A stretch of 64,000 nt of DNA from positions 1 to 64,000 of the forward strand of contig KZ538413.1 of the NCBI GenBank assembly GCA_000934665.2, read 5' to 3'. Under the pieces are notes generated by a model that worked only from the letters and a program-made list of their open reading frames with translations, ran no database searches and was not told the origin of the DNA. This stretch comes from Catajapyx aquilonaris. Lineage: Eukaryota. The translations under genes and the position numbers were made by a program. Numbering within the stretch: position 1 is the first letter of the stretch; the number at the start of each line of letters is the position of its first letter. Shown here one piece after another: positions 25,100 through 38,249 of this stretch.

Positions 25100-28000
25100 A
25101 TGGCTGAATTGGGGGAACTGCCCGAAAAGGGACAATCCATTGACGACAAGTGTGCAGGGATGTTTGGAGTTGGAGCAGGCACTGAGCCTTACTCAGAGGA
25201 GTCAATTCCAGAGGTAGAGGATGTGTCCCCAGGAGTAAGAGAAGGTGTTGGTGCGCAGGGCCAGAGCTGCCCTCCTGTTTTGAGGGATTTAAAGGAGGAT
25301 GTGTCGAAAATTATTAGGCATCTAGTTGAGCAAAATAAGGACCTTATGATCAGCGTCGCCAAGCTTAAGTTGAAAGAGGTAAGTTAAATTTACATGCTGA
25401 TAAGCAGCTATTGGTTTTATGCAGCTTGTGACGTGCTGTCTACTTTAAGGGTGCAGTGGAAGGATGGGCAGACATTCTTAGAGAACTAATCATGTAAATG
25501 GAGCTCAAAAAATATATTGTCCTGTTCAATGTAGTTGAGTCCCCCCAATCTTTCTCTCCCTGTTCACTCCATCCATAATTATCTGCTCCACCTTCCACAA
25601 ATTGCATTCAAACATTTTAATACTTCACATCATAATTATGATGGCATTGCAAGCATAGCAGGCTACTATGTCTGAATTATTTTTCATCAAACTTCTCTTT
25701 CTTGACAGGTTCCTCCGGTAGGTCTAATTCATAAAATCAGCCAGAAGACAGAACACATACTTCGTGTCATAGACTGTACACATGATTCCAAGAACCCACA
25801 CATATACGTTGTGATTGGAACACCCAAGGTGAGTATTGGCGTGCAACAGGAGCAAAACAATGTGTGTTAAACATTCTTGCTTAACTACAGGACTTGAGCC
25901 AGCAAGCTAAAATGGCCACTGCTGAGAAGTTCAAGGCACCTGAGAGCAACCCAGCTGCTGAACCTGGTGGAGTAGGTATTACAGTATGTACTGCATTTGT
26001 GTGTTGAATATACCTTGCTTTTGAGATAGGATTGATTTTCAATTGAAGGGTGGACAATGCAAAGGTCCTATAAGTGCCAAAACCTTGATTTTGAGTTATG
26101 CGTGTTTCTTTCTCCTCAACAAAACGAAACAACATAGGCAACTTCCCCATCTACTGGCCAAATGCAGAACCTACTGATTTTTCTGGCACTTGGGACTTCT
26201 ACCCAACATTGGTGATGACACATAGGATACCTTGACACTCATAACTCAAATCCGGATTTTTTGGCACTTAGGCCCTTTGCATTGTCTACCCTTCAATTAG
26301 TGAGGGGAGTCCTTGTACTCTTAATCCTCTTAATGCAAATATCTTTAGTGATAGTTCCTAATTTTATTACAATCTATGAGCACCTCAGTTTGTCACCTCA
26401 GTTTGATGACCCCAAAATTTAGGATGGAGAAAACTTGTCATATAACAATGTTTATGACCTTACTACGGTACTAAAGAACCAATAAGGACCGGGCTACCCA
26501 ATAATATAAGTGAATTTATTGCAACATTTGACTATACAAGTGCATCCAAATATTTTCTTGCTCTGTTTGCCCAAGTTTGCACTCTGGGTGTGCATCACAT
26601 ATGTGTTTGACCAGGCTTCATTATTTAATCATGTCACCTTTTTGTCGCAATGGCATCTTATTGACATGGAGTCAAATACACGCATTTGACTCCATGTGAG
26701 CCTGGTATATATGATACCAGGCTCATATACCAAAAGTATTCAACTTGTAATTGCACCACTGAAAATGGCTGCAGAGTGGATATGTAACAGCAATCTTGGG
26801 TTCAGGGACAAGGAGATGGTGACAAGTCCAAGGAAACCACTCCAGGAGTGATTTTCTCTCAGGTTTGGTTTGGTTTATTAGGAAGAAGCCAAAACAACTG
26901 TGGCTATCTGGCTATAAGAAGATGCAAAGGTGGGACAGATGGAGAGAGAAACGAAGAGGACAAAAAGATGGCATCTCTCTTTGTCTGTCTCCTATCCTAT
27001 CCCAAAGACCTGTCCAACTTGGGTGGCCCTGCCAGTTCAGGCAGTAGGTTATTTTTAGTAGAGTTGGCTCTTTCATAATAATACCAGGGTTGGATATTTA
27101 ATAGTGGCAACCCTGTTCCCCTTGTATACAGAAATGCGGTTGTGGCTTCTGCTCAAGAAGGGAGATCCAGACAGACATGGGGATTGTTTGTGTGAAGTTT
27201 GGACCCTATTGTGCTACTGGTGACAGTGACAAGATAGTTCAAAGGGGCCGGATCCTCGTGCACCACCCTAAGCCATGGCATCGAAGCTAGAACAGTACTC
27301 TTGGTCTAAGATCAAGAGGTCTAAGATTTCCCAAGGCCATGACTACATTGAAGAAATATAGATGAAAAATGTTAATTGAAGGTCTCTTTTGAAACTAGCC
27401 TATCCCGAGCCTATCGCAGTGTTGCCACTATTAAAAATCCAACCCGCGTAGTATAGGAATTGAAGTCCTATTTTTTCCTCTATTGTCTGAGTTCTGAAAC
27501 TCCCATGCACGATTTTGTATACAAATATTACATGGGTCACAAAGGTGCTAGGAACATTGACTAATTCCTCCTCCCCCCATGTTTTGGTAATAGTGATGGA
27601 TAATGCTCAATTTTTCTAGTTTGATATTGTTCATTCAATCTGAAATGAGGTCTCGGCTACTTCTAACTTGGCATGATGCAGTATGTAATGTTACTCCCAC
27701 AATGTAACTGAATATTAGCATTTCACTGAAGCAGTAGTGGTGTAGTGGTATGGTGTCCGACTGCTAATCGGGAGGTCCTGGGTTCGAATCCCGGAGGCCG
27801 GCGACCCTGATCATGGTTTTCTGTGGTTTCCCATGGTCATCGCAGGATAATTCCGGGGTCGTTACTGTAATTATAGGCCACAGCCGCTTCCTTCCTTACC
27901 TATCCTTGCCTCAATTCCGATGAAAAAGTATATAGTAAAAATGGAAAGAGTTCCAGACAAAAATTTTTTTTGGGAGAAATCCCCCCTTAATAAAGCCTAA

Positions 28001-28211
28001 AGGGCTGATAATGGGGTATCAATTATTATTATTATTATTAAATATTAGTATTTCGTAACATTGGATTGACATGTGATAGGCTCTGTTCACTAAATATTGT
28101 GAACAGGAGTCACAACAGCAGATGAATATTTTACTTTGCATTCCATTGCTGATCTGCATTGCAGCTATAATTCTGGATGTCAGCGCAGAACTTACCTGTG
28201 CACTATAAGAC

Positions 28212-28267
<56 letters not shown>

Positions 28268-31200
28268 TGGGTATAGGCGTACCCCTATTGGGGTCTTGCC
28301 GGACCTTTATTAATCATCAGAATACAATTGGATCCTATTTATACAGCGCCCGAGCCCACGGGCAGGAAGGGATGACAGGAGGGGATGTGCAAGTGCAGTG
28401 CCTTGTCCGCATGTGGTCATTTTGTGAGCTCCCCCGGGTGGATTAGTCTGTGGAAATTCCACCCGAGACGAAGTCAGAGACGACACTTTACTCTGCACGA
28501 GATGAAGGGGGTGTCCCCGGGTTGGGATCGAACCCGGGACCTTAACATCTGTGGGCGCAAACGTTACCGTTGCGCCACTTCGCCTCCCTACTTTAAGACA
28601 TAAGTTAATGGGGCAGAAGGGGTTAATAGCTATGAGTAGAAGTTCCCATTTTTATTCCAGATATTCCCCTACCTGTGGTGCCTACCTTAAACAATACCAA
28701 CAGTAAAGAAATATATCATGTGTACGTATAATTTAGAGTGGAAATGTACAGGATGTTCCAAGTTTGTGGAGCCTTTTAGCTATAGGCAATTTCGCTCGAA
28801 GGTGTTATTTTTTTGTAGCTTGTGCCCAGGGTTCGAAATTAGCAGTCGCCAGTCGTATTTCACGACTTAAAATTATTAATTGGCGATCGAAGTGATATAT
28901 CTGGTTGCCACTTTTGGCGACTCACATTTTTCTCCCAAAATTGCATTTCTGTCAGAAATAAAAATTATTGCTAAGATTCTGGTCACATATTTCCGATTTG
29001 TTTCCTTCTGAAGCTCTTGGTGACTCAGTGGTGTTTGTGGCGCCCAATTAACAATTAATATTTAAATTGTGACATAATGTTTAAACAAGAATGGTGACTA
29101 GACATTCAGTTTTGGCGACCACATATCGGTTTTCAGATGCCACTTGGCGACCTGCTTATATATATCACTTTCGAACACTGCTTGTGCCCCATCCAGGTGT
29201 CCTATTCTACATCCATTGGTCACCTACTGAGGCACAACAAGCTACAAAAAAATAACTAATTCAGGCAATATCAGTGATAACTAAAAATGACCCACCACAA
29301 ACTTGGAACACCCTGTATTTATATTGGGCAGTGAAATTACGAACATGAAACAGGAAGGCAACCAGGTGGGCATGGTTCTGCTAATCCGCTAACCGCTACC
29401 TTTTTGGTTAGCTAATTAGCATTTTTTATCACTTGATGCACCGTTAGCTGACCAATTAGCCTCCGCTAAGTTTAGTTCCTCTAAATGTAAGTCCGCTGAC
29501 AAACTTCTCTCATACATGTTCTTGTCTTGCTGTCTGTTATTTTCTGATCAGCATTGTGCAGGGTTATTGCCACATGTCCCACTTCTCACTTACCAGTGCA
29601 GGTGGGTGCAAGCAGGTGGAGCACCTTAGCCCAAGCTAATTTTGCATGCTGGACTGCCACTGCCACTCTGCCAGTGTGTAGTGTCACTGAACCAGCCGAG
29701 AGAGCCACCCTTTCACAAGGGAAGTGTAAGTGTTGTCCGTGGAGTTTCTGTATGAAACTTGGCACAATAATATAGGCAGGTAAGTTATTAAAGAAAATGC
29801 AAACAATTTAGGCCGATGCCCACGAGGTCAAAAGTTATGACCTCTCGAACTCACAAGGGACACTTCCCAAGGTCTCACCGATTTTCTTGAAATTCGGTAC
29901 ATTGGTAGCCCACACCAAGGGATGAAAAACGCACCTAAAGTGATCTGCTCAAAATGACCCGGTGACCCCTTTTTGGGGGGCAGAGGTCAACTCTTAAATG
30001 CTGAAAACTCACCCATTTTCTTGAAATTTGGTGCAATGGTATCCCACAGACACTGTCATATTATATGTAAGATGTGATCGTTGTACGGACATGATTGCGA
30101 CACATTGTTACAAACTGTTGTAGGTGCTAATGTACGATGCTTCATTTCATCTGCAGGTGGTTTATGCTTCCGGCTTACGACAAATGAGGGAACTTGATCT
30201 TCTGAATTTTCCAAGAGCTATAAGATGGATTTGACGCCAATCGGGCACATAATTTGAGAAAAAATCATTTCTGTATTTTTTTCACCCCGAACAAATTCAA
30301 AAGCGACTTTTTCAAATATGGCTGTGATCTATAGCAATATAGCTCTTTGTAATCAGAGTAATTATCCCTTTCCAGAGATGCAATAAAATGTCTGCGTTTT
30401 TGAGTGCGACATCTGAAACTTTGCTCGTAAGGGATGAAAAACGCACCTATGGTGACCTGCTCAAAATGACCTGGTGACCTCTTCTTGGGGGCTACCAATG
30501 CACCGAATTTGAAGAAAATGGGTGAGTTTTCGTCATCAAAAAGGGGTCACCAGGTCATTTTGAGCAGGTCACCATAGGTGCGTTTTTCATCTCTTGGGGT
30601 GGCCTACCAATGTACCGAATTTCAAGAAAATCGGGGAGACCTTGGAAAGTGTCCCTTGTGAGTTCGAGAGGTCATAACTTTTGACCTTGCGAGCATCCGC
30701 CTAAATTGTTTGCATTTTCTTTAATAACTTACCTGCCTATATTATTGTGCCAAGTTTCATTCAGAAACTCTACGGACAAAACACTTACACTTCCCTTGTC
30801 AGATGACAACTTTGAGAGGCTGATGTTTTTGAAGGCCAAACGCCATCACTCAGAAACGATGGAGTCAGAGATGGTCCAGCCAAATTACATTTTCCAATAA
30901 ATTGTTAAATGTAATACAGGAAGTCCCCGGTTTACGAACTACCCGACATATGGCAATCCGTACTTACGAACTGGTCCCCAAGGCTCACCAGTAGGATAAT
31001 TTATATTATTATCCATCCACTTTCAATCACTTCAGACACCAAGTTCAACATAAATACTGTATAATTAATAAATATATTATTGGGGAACTAACTGTAAGTT
31101 CTTTTGTGTGTGTAAACAAACACACACATGACGTAAGCGATTTGTTGGAGGAACATATTTACTACATAATTATATGCGCTGTTCCTCATGGATTCCAGTT

Positions 31201-34200
31201 ACATACAAATCCGACTTATGGATATTTTAAGGCACATAACCCCGTTCGTAGACCGGGGACTTCCTGTACTTTTGTTACAATTAAACTATTTTAGTTTTTG
31301 GATTTGTATATTACTTTTTGTATGGAACTAAATACGGTGTATGTGTGTAGCAGTGCTCTCTATTCTGCAGCACTCTAGGTCTTTTTTTATTTTTTAAAGG
31401 GCCATGGAGCCAAAAAATGCTAAATCGGGCTAAATCCATATTATAAAAGTTAGCATTAGCTATTTAGGAAAGTCAACATTTTTTCAGTTAGTGGATTAGT
31501 GGTTAGCGAAGCTAAACTTTCAGTTAGCTGTACCCACCACTGAAGGCAATCCAATGCCAATGGTAGGCCTACTGCTGAAGCCCATCTTTATATTCTTTGG
31601 TTTGACCCCATTTTGACTTCCATGTTGAAGCAAACAATTGATGTAACCAAGATCATCAGTATGACATCACATTTGCTTTCACCCTGCATATTTCTTAAGT
31701 GGTTCTGAGTAGGCAAAATATCAGCCTCACCTGCATCTTCCCCAGTGCTAACTACAGGTTCAGTGTAAGCCATGGTCTGTGTAAACAGAAAGCAGTATGT
31801 GAACAGGACTAGGTTGGATCCATAATGGTGGCTTGTGTAGCAATACCTGTTATTTTGCCTACTCCATGCTGAGCTTGCAACCATTGCTATACTTGTACAA
31901 CAGCCAAGGAGGGAGGGAGAGAGAGAATAAGTTAGTAAGTCAATAAAGAAAGGAAATACATGCAGTTTTTATGTTGTCATACTCATACATTATGTTGATC
32001 CAAACTTTTAAGCATCACTTCAATGAAGTGCCATCACATGCATACAGTGTGAATGAATTATGCCAGGGTAATAAAGGTTGTACAAGTACAGTACTCCTCA
32101 GACTTTGAACCAATTTCACAATTCACAATTTCACAATTCAAGAAGTACATATTTTTGCATCATCTGATATTGCTAGGAATAACAGCCTCCTCATAAATTA
32201 TTATTGGTTGCCACTACAAAAGCTCACAGTGCCCATTACAGTGTAATATTCTCATCTCAGTCAATTTCATGCATCCATGACACCAAGTGTGCAGGGTTGG
32301 GTTTTGTCATTAAATCACCAGAATTTTTCTCCGAAATCATTCATTTCTGATGTTGTTTTGATCATTTTGGGGTCATCTTTACCTTCAAAGGTCATGGGCT
32401 AGGTCATTTTGTCCATAGTGACTAAATTCTCAACATTAAGCCAACTTTGCCAACCTGAAAGTGAGTTTATTGTTGCTGCACTTCACTGTGACCATATACA
32501 CAAAAAATCAGTTTGCCTTTATTATATAACCTATCTCTAAAATGATTACTGTGATTAAATATGATGCTAATGATTAATTAAATTACTAATGAGTATAATA
32601 CTCTTTTCAGGTGTGCATAATGTGTTGGAGTTTCTGTCTTCATCACAGAGTGTAGAGATATTCTTCACCACGGAACATTTTGTAGTACCTGGCCTCTCAA
32701 GCATGAATTTAGTCACCTTTAATGGCAGAGAATGGCCTGTTCAATGGTCATTTTGTGCATTACCTGCCAAGTAACAAAATCACCTGTAACTAGTTAAAAA
32801 TCAAGATGTGCAAGCATGAAACTAATGTCCTGAAATCAGCAATGATGTTATTACGAAGTGCATCAAAAGTGTTTTGGAGGTTGACGAGGTGGATAATGAA
32901 AATGCTACGTTTGTTTGCCATAATGCAAACAAGTGCTGCAAATCTGACACATTCTCACAAACTGCAGTCCATTGTGGAGAAAAAATAGGTTTTTCACTAG
33001 TTACAGGTAATTTTGTTTCTTCTTGGCCAGTTCTTGGCAGATAATGCACAGATGATGATTGAACATCCATTTGAGGTGACTAAATTTATGCTTGCAGGGC
33101 CAGATATTGCAGAATGGTTCATGGTGTTGAATATCTCTTGTGTGTGATGCTCAACTCTGTTATGTCGACATAAACTCCAGACGTTACTCAAACACCTGAA
33201 AAGCATGACAACAGGCTCATTAGTAAATTAATTAATCATTTAATGATTAATCAAAGTAATCCTTTCAGTAAGAAGCTATTTAATGATGGGAAACTGAATT
33301 TTTGTGTACATGGTCACAGTGAGGTGCAGCAACAAAAAACACAGGTAGAGAGTTGGCTTGCTTTGTGTTGAGAATCTAGTCGTAATGGACAAAATGTATA
33401 TTTGTGTGACTACACTCCAAACGTCTGATTTTAGGTTGCGGCTGTAGTTGCTCCCTGGAGGTGCTTTGCAATGGAAGAAGAGGAGTTAGCAGCAAAGATA
33501 AATGTTATGCGCCAAGAGCTGGTGGAGGAGATGAAACAGTATGTAATGTTATGGCTGCTACTTTGTAACTTGTTTTTGAATGCACCTATCTTTCAGGAAG
33601 GAAGACCTTCAAAAAATAGTTGATACAATTGAAACCGATATATTAAATGCAGAAACCTTGTTAACTCCTCTACAGGCTGAGGTTGATTCCACTGGAAAGA
33701 ATTTAAGCATTGCCCAAGAGAAACTTCTGGGACTGCAAGATGTACGTACAGCAATTTAGTAAAAGTAATTTAAATTCATGCATTCAACAACTCTTGAAAA
33801 AAATATTACAGGGTGTTGTGCAAAGGAGAGGAGAGTTAGAGCAGCTGCTTGAGAAAGAAAATCTCTTGCTAATTCGTGCTAGCAACTTGACTGATGTAAC
33901 GAATGAACTTGACGATCTCCAACTGAGCATGCAGAGAATTGGTGAAGAGAACATGTCTTTCCTGGAAAAAGTGGAGTGGATGAGAGACATATATTCACAG
34001 TGTGAAGCCATGAAGTTAGATATTACAGGCCTGAAGGAAAAGGTTCTGGAAGCAGCGAATGCTCTTAAGGTTTGTGAGGAAGAGGGAACCAAAAAGCAAG
34101 CCTTGATAAATGCTGCACATGAACACTGCGAGAAGGCAACGGAGGAAAAGGGTAGGTATAATTTTAGCAGAAGTCACTGTATCTAATTTTAAGGATTCAA

Positions 34201-37200
34201 CCTTGCCAACTGCATTACATGAGCTGTAGCTGTCACAAATACTAACTGGCTGTTATAAGTAATTGCATGTTACCAGAAGTGAACCAACACATTATCCAGG
34301 CAGTATCGTCGCCACTCTGCAGGAACACCCACCATGCCAATTCTGACACACTCTTATCCCCTCAGAGCTGAAAAATAGATACTTCTGAAATGAATTCTCC
34401 TCAGACCTCAATGCATAGTGGCCGTGCAGTAACTGATGTGTGCCAGAATTTTTATGTACTCTACCAGGTTTATTTATGGCATGGTGTTAAAGTGACATGA
34501 GCTTTATCAGATCAGCAGATTAGCATGGATGGAAAAATGTTGAGCCTCACCATTTACAAAGGCCATTAGTGACTTGGTGATAGAATTACTTTGTACCACA
34601 AAAGTCCATTTGGTTTTCTTGCTATTATCTCAGGATTATGCTTATAGAAGCACCAAGTGTACTAAATGGAGCTCATGTTGTCAGATTATCCAGATTAGGC
34701 TGCAATGTAATTGACTGGTTTGAATCATTTACCGCGCCCTTCAATGGCCTTGTAATTGAGCATCGAAGTTGCTTACTTGTGCATTAAAAAGTAGGGACAG
34801 TTCAATCAGCATTAATCTTAACCCCTCCTCTTTGCCCATTCCTTCCCTCCTTCTCCAGTATTTATCAGCTTGTGATTGATGTAGAGGTAAATTGGACACA
34901 CAGAGATATGGTATAAATCTAACAATCATTAGATAGGTGAATTCAGACGTGTCCTGACAAAAGGCACTCCTCAATGATGAAGTAGCCAATGACCTGGGGC
35001 TGCTGGGCCAAGTCCAGTCACTACACATTTCTGCACACCTAACTGTCCCTACTTTTTTCTGTAATTCTCTGGCCTTAACTGCCGTTACACAAAGAAACAT
35101 TCTCCAAAACTCTGACTCTGAAGTTTTTGTGATAGGTTATATTGATACCTGCCTTATCTGACACTGATATCCAAGAGTTCCTTAAGAAAAACTTTGAACC
35201 CCCCTTTTAGTAATTTGCGTTGTCAGACATAATGATGAATGATCGTTGTACATTTTCAGGTAGACTCGAGGCAAAACTGCAGGAAAAGTTGGATGTAACA
35301 AGAAAAGGCATCCAGAGGTACGAAGAAAGTGTTGTCAGGATTAGAAAAGAAGTTGATTCCAAGAAAGAAAGAAATTTCAACCTGACAATCAAAAGAGACG
35401 ATATGAAGAGGCTCCTGGGCCAATTAAAGGAAAGTGCAGTTCAGGTTGAGCTGCGTCACAAGGAGGAGGACATGGAGTTGACTCAGGTGATGAAGTCATT
35501 CAAGGAAGAGTCTTTCGCCTTGGAAGAAATGGAGAAAGAAAAGACTGAGTTGGCGCTACTCCTGGTTAAAACGAAAGTGGGGTTGGCTCCAATGAGGAAT
35601 CAGATCAAAGAATTGGAGAAGGAGATTTCGAAGATGAAGAAAGCTTTGAGAGATGTTGATGGTCATAAAGCTGGATTGCTCTCATTGCTTGATGTGAGGC
35701 AGAAGTCCCGTGAAGAGGATGACAAGATTAATTCCTTGACTCTTAGATATGACCAGGTCAAAGTAGAGAGAGAGATGATAAAGAATAAGTTGGAAGTGGC
35801 TGTTGAGCAGTTGACACAGATCACCAAAGAAGCAGAGAGTAATAAATTAAAGGCAACAGAAGTTGTCAATGTCATAGAGGATTTTAACGGCAGGTTAAAT
35901 GAACATAAGAAAGCAGCGGGCAATATGAAGGCCAATTTTTATGAGATTACACGTCAAACAAGTGTGGACCAGGAAGAGGTACGAGCTACTGTTGCTGATA
36001 TACAGGTGAAGGAAGCCGAACTTGCAGTTGAAGTAAATGCTAATGAGCGGTGGACATGTGGGCTCAATGAATACATGGAAAAAATGACTGAAAGGACTGC
36101 AGAGATCTCTCAAAAATTATGTTACATGGATGGATTTGAGTCTGAGTTCGCAGCCATACAAGGGACAATAATAGATGACTTGACGGATCTTAGTAATTAC
36201 TGCACGTTAGAACACGAGAAGAGGATAAAGGAACTGGATGATTGCAGGGACAAGGAGAATGAGAGGGCTGACTACGTTGAGGTAATGTAGTTGGAAAAAT
36301 ATTTAGTTCATGAATAGTGTGATAGTTTTCAGGAAGAACGGCATGTTGCTGTAGTGGCTTAAGCCATACCATTCCAGTTCTAATGTCCCAAGATTGATCT
36401 TCAATTTAGGCCGAGGGAATAATTTTGATAGATTCTCATCACGTTTGCGTGGAGTTTCTTTTCCCTCCAAGTTTCAAAAACCATCAGAAGTGCGAAGATA
36501 ATTTAGTCTGATCAGTTTAAATAGAAATCCTTAAAAAACTACACATGCTTCTGTCTCGTAATACCCAAAATTACTAGAGTGATTATATAGAAAGGGAGTT
36601 CTAAACTCTGTAACATAAATCTTCAAACTACAGTATAATTTTTTGTCATTTGCAGCGTAAAACTGCAATTTGAAATTTATTTTTAAGAATAAGGAATAAC
36701 TTATATTGGTATTAATTGAGTATATCAAAAGTAATTTAGAGTTTATTCATTAACAAAATATGCTGACCCACCACAAAAAGGATTATTCACAACATCTACA
36801 TGTTATGAATAATCCTTTTAGTTAACAGGAATAAGCCATAAACTGATTTTCAGACATTTTTGATTACCATTTCACACCTAGAAGCTTCATTTGGAAATGT
36901 GCTATTGATTTTCATTTGCTCACCAATCCTTTTCCTCCCTGCAGTTCCTCAGACAGACAATTCTGGACCAGCAAGAGAAGTTCTTGGGGAGGATGAACGA
37001 GTATGAGGAAGAATGCAGGACTTTGAACGAGAAGATATCCACTCAGAAGAAAGAGGTACAGTTACAGGATGCAGCAATGACCAAGGACAGTGAGGAAAAC
37101 GAGGCCAGTTCTACACAGGTGAGAAAAGATTGGGTTAGTTGTCATTGCATTGCCTAAATTTTTACTGGCTGGCTGGCTTGCTGGTGTAGTGCAATTTGCT

Positions 37201-38249
37201 GTCGGAATATGTCTGAAGGTGTGAATGGTTGAGTAATTGTGTTCATATAGAGTGCTTAGTGAAACATGTATACAGGAAGTCCCCAGTTTAAGACTTACGG
37301 TGACTTGCACTTGCGAACAAGCTCGCAAGTTTATAATTATATTTCCACCCTTTATGACTTCATACCTACCATTTTTGTAGCTGATATTTGCACCATAATT
37401 TTTTTTCTTCTTCAGATTTGAAACCTGCGTTGAAATAAATAGCCTTACATTGCACATCATGCACTTTTAATCCTTTGATGGCTCCGTTTTTGGCAGGTTT
37501 TTGGGCCGTTTCTGCCTTCTTTTCTGCCCGAAATTCGAAGCAGGAGTGATATTAATGAATAACAACTTCGGGCCAAAAGTAATCATTTTAATTCGTGGTG
37601 GTCCTTTTGAATGTAAAATGCCAGGGGGAAAAAATTATGTACAAGGTGTCACAGAAATCAATTTTATAGGATCGTCTGGCTCTCAGAAAGTCAATAGGCC
37701 TAACAAGTTTACTCAGTCACTATATAGTGAATGGTGACTCAGCCATTGACTAGGAAGAACCAGAGGTATGATAAACAAGTATAGAGTAAGCTAAATGAAA
37801 TTTATTCTAAACTATTTAACTAAACCAGCATTTTTTTAGCATGAACATGGAATTTTCATGTTTTCTCACTATACCATAGTAAATATTTTATAGACTGTTA
37901 AAGTGGAATATTTATTTAATATTAGTTCCTTCCTCCTATAATTTTTTTCGCATGTGCTTTTACACTCAATACTAATGGCGAGGAGCATGGAATTTTGTTC
38001 AACAAAAACCGAGGATTTTTGATTGTTATTGTTGACAAAAATAAGTAGCACTAATAGGAAAGGAAAACCCATGATTTTATATAATATATTGTGAGTTCAG
38101 TGCTGTTGGCCCTAATGTGTAATTATGTGATGATACAAATGAGTGTTACTGCACTTATTTTGTAGGCACAAGAATCCTCACCAACAAATCCGATGTCAAG
38201 GCATGGAAAGGAGGAAGATGCAGGACCCCACACGAAGAAGAAGCGATAA
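25100..38249 (+). CDS. Uncharacterised long coiled-coil protein (about 782 aa minimal model): exons 25100-25378, 25709-25828, 25891-25971, 33435-33538, 33597-33741, 33812-34151, 35260-36281, 36945-37118, 38166-38249
   Basis: All listed junctions are GT-AG with compatible phases. About 550 aa of E/K/L-rich heptad sequence; ends PHTKKKR*. AATAAA near 38958. Extra small exons (26806-26862, 28661-28721) are possible, so the 25971-33435 join is the least certain. Confidence 0.8.
26041..26298. mobile_element. Foldback MITE
   Basis: AATTGAAGGGTGGACAATGCAAAGG... and ...CCTTTGCATTGTCTACCCTTCAATT inverted arms of about 65 bp. Confidence 0.7.
27084..27448. mobile_element. Tc1/mariner-like MITE
   Basis: TA flanks; TIRs GGGTTGGATATTTAATAGTGGCAAC / GTTGCCACTATTAAAAATCCAACCC. 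Confidence 0.75.
27725..28040 (+). mobile_element. tRNA-derived SINE
   Basis: A box TGGTGTAGTGG, B box GGTTCGAATCC, (ATT)n tail, TSD AATATTAG(C/T)ATTTC. Confidence 0.9.
28216..28593 (-). mobile_element. tRNA-derived SINE, family B
   Basis: B box GGTTCGATCCC on the minus strand; (TTA)n tail; TSD TAAGACATAA; homologous to 55003-55370. Confidence 0.9.
28749..29315. mobile_element. Tc1/mariner-like MITE interrupted by a hAT MITE (28827-29180)
   Basis: Outer TIRs CAGGATGTTCCAAGTTTGTGG / CCACAAACTTGGAACACCCTG with TA. Inner CAGGGTTCGAAA...TTTCGAACACTG with 8-bp TSD CTTGTGCC. An uninterrupted relative of the outer element is at 60832-61056. Confidence 0.85.
29716..30798. mobile_element. Foldback DNA element with long (about 250 bp) inverted arms and 3-bp TSD TCA
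   Basis: TCA|CAAGGGAAGTGTAAGTGTT ... AACACTTACACTTCCCTTG|TCA. Confidence 0.88.
30917..31266. mobile_element. pogo/Tigger-like MITE
   Basis: TA|CAGGAAGTCCCCGGTTTACGAAC ... GTTCGTAGACCGGGGACTTCCTG|TA. Confidence 0.85.
32405..33396. mobile_element. Old foldback element with diverged arms of about 400 bp
   Basis: e.g. TGTTGCTGCACTTCACTGTGACCAT at the left and ATGGTCACAGTGAGGTGCAGCAACA at the right. Confidence 0.7.

Larger units (their letters stand above)
29363..31542 (+). mobile_element. Deleted hAT element with a transposase C-terminal remnant and two nested insertions
   Basis: 8-bp TSD AAGGCAAC/AAGGCAAT; right end TACCCACCACTG; removing 29716-30801 restores RATLSDDNFERLMFLKA, like a hAT dimerisation-domain end. 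Confidence 0.75.

Noticed and set aside
27731..27800. Functional tRNA genes at SINE heads
   Set aside because: Followed by SINE bodies, tails and TSDs; cloverleaf incomplete.
30157..30234. Apparent exon of the coiled-coil gene
   Set aside because: Inside the foldback element and ends in a stop codon.
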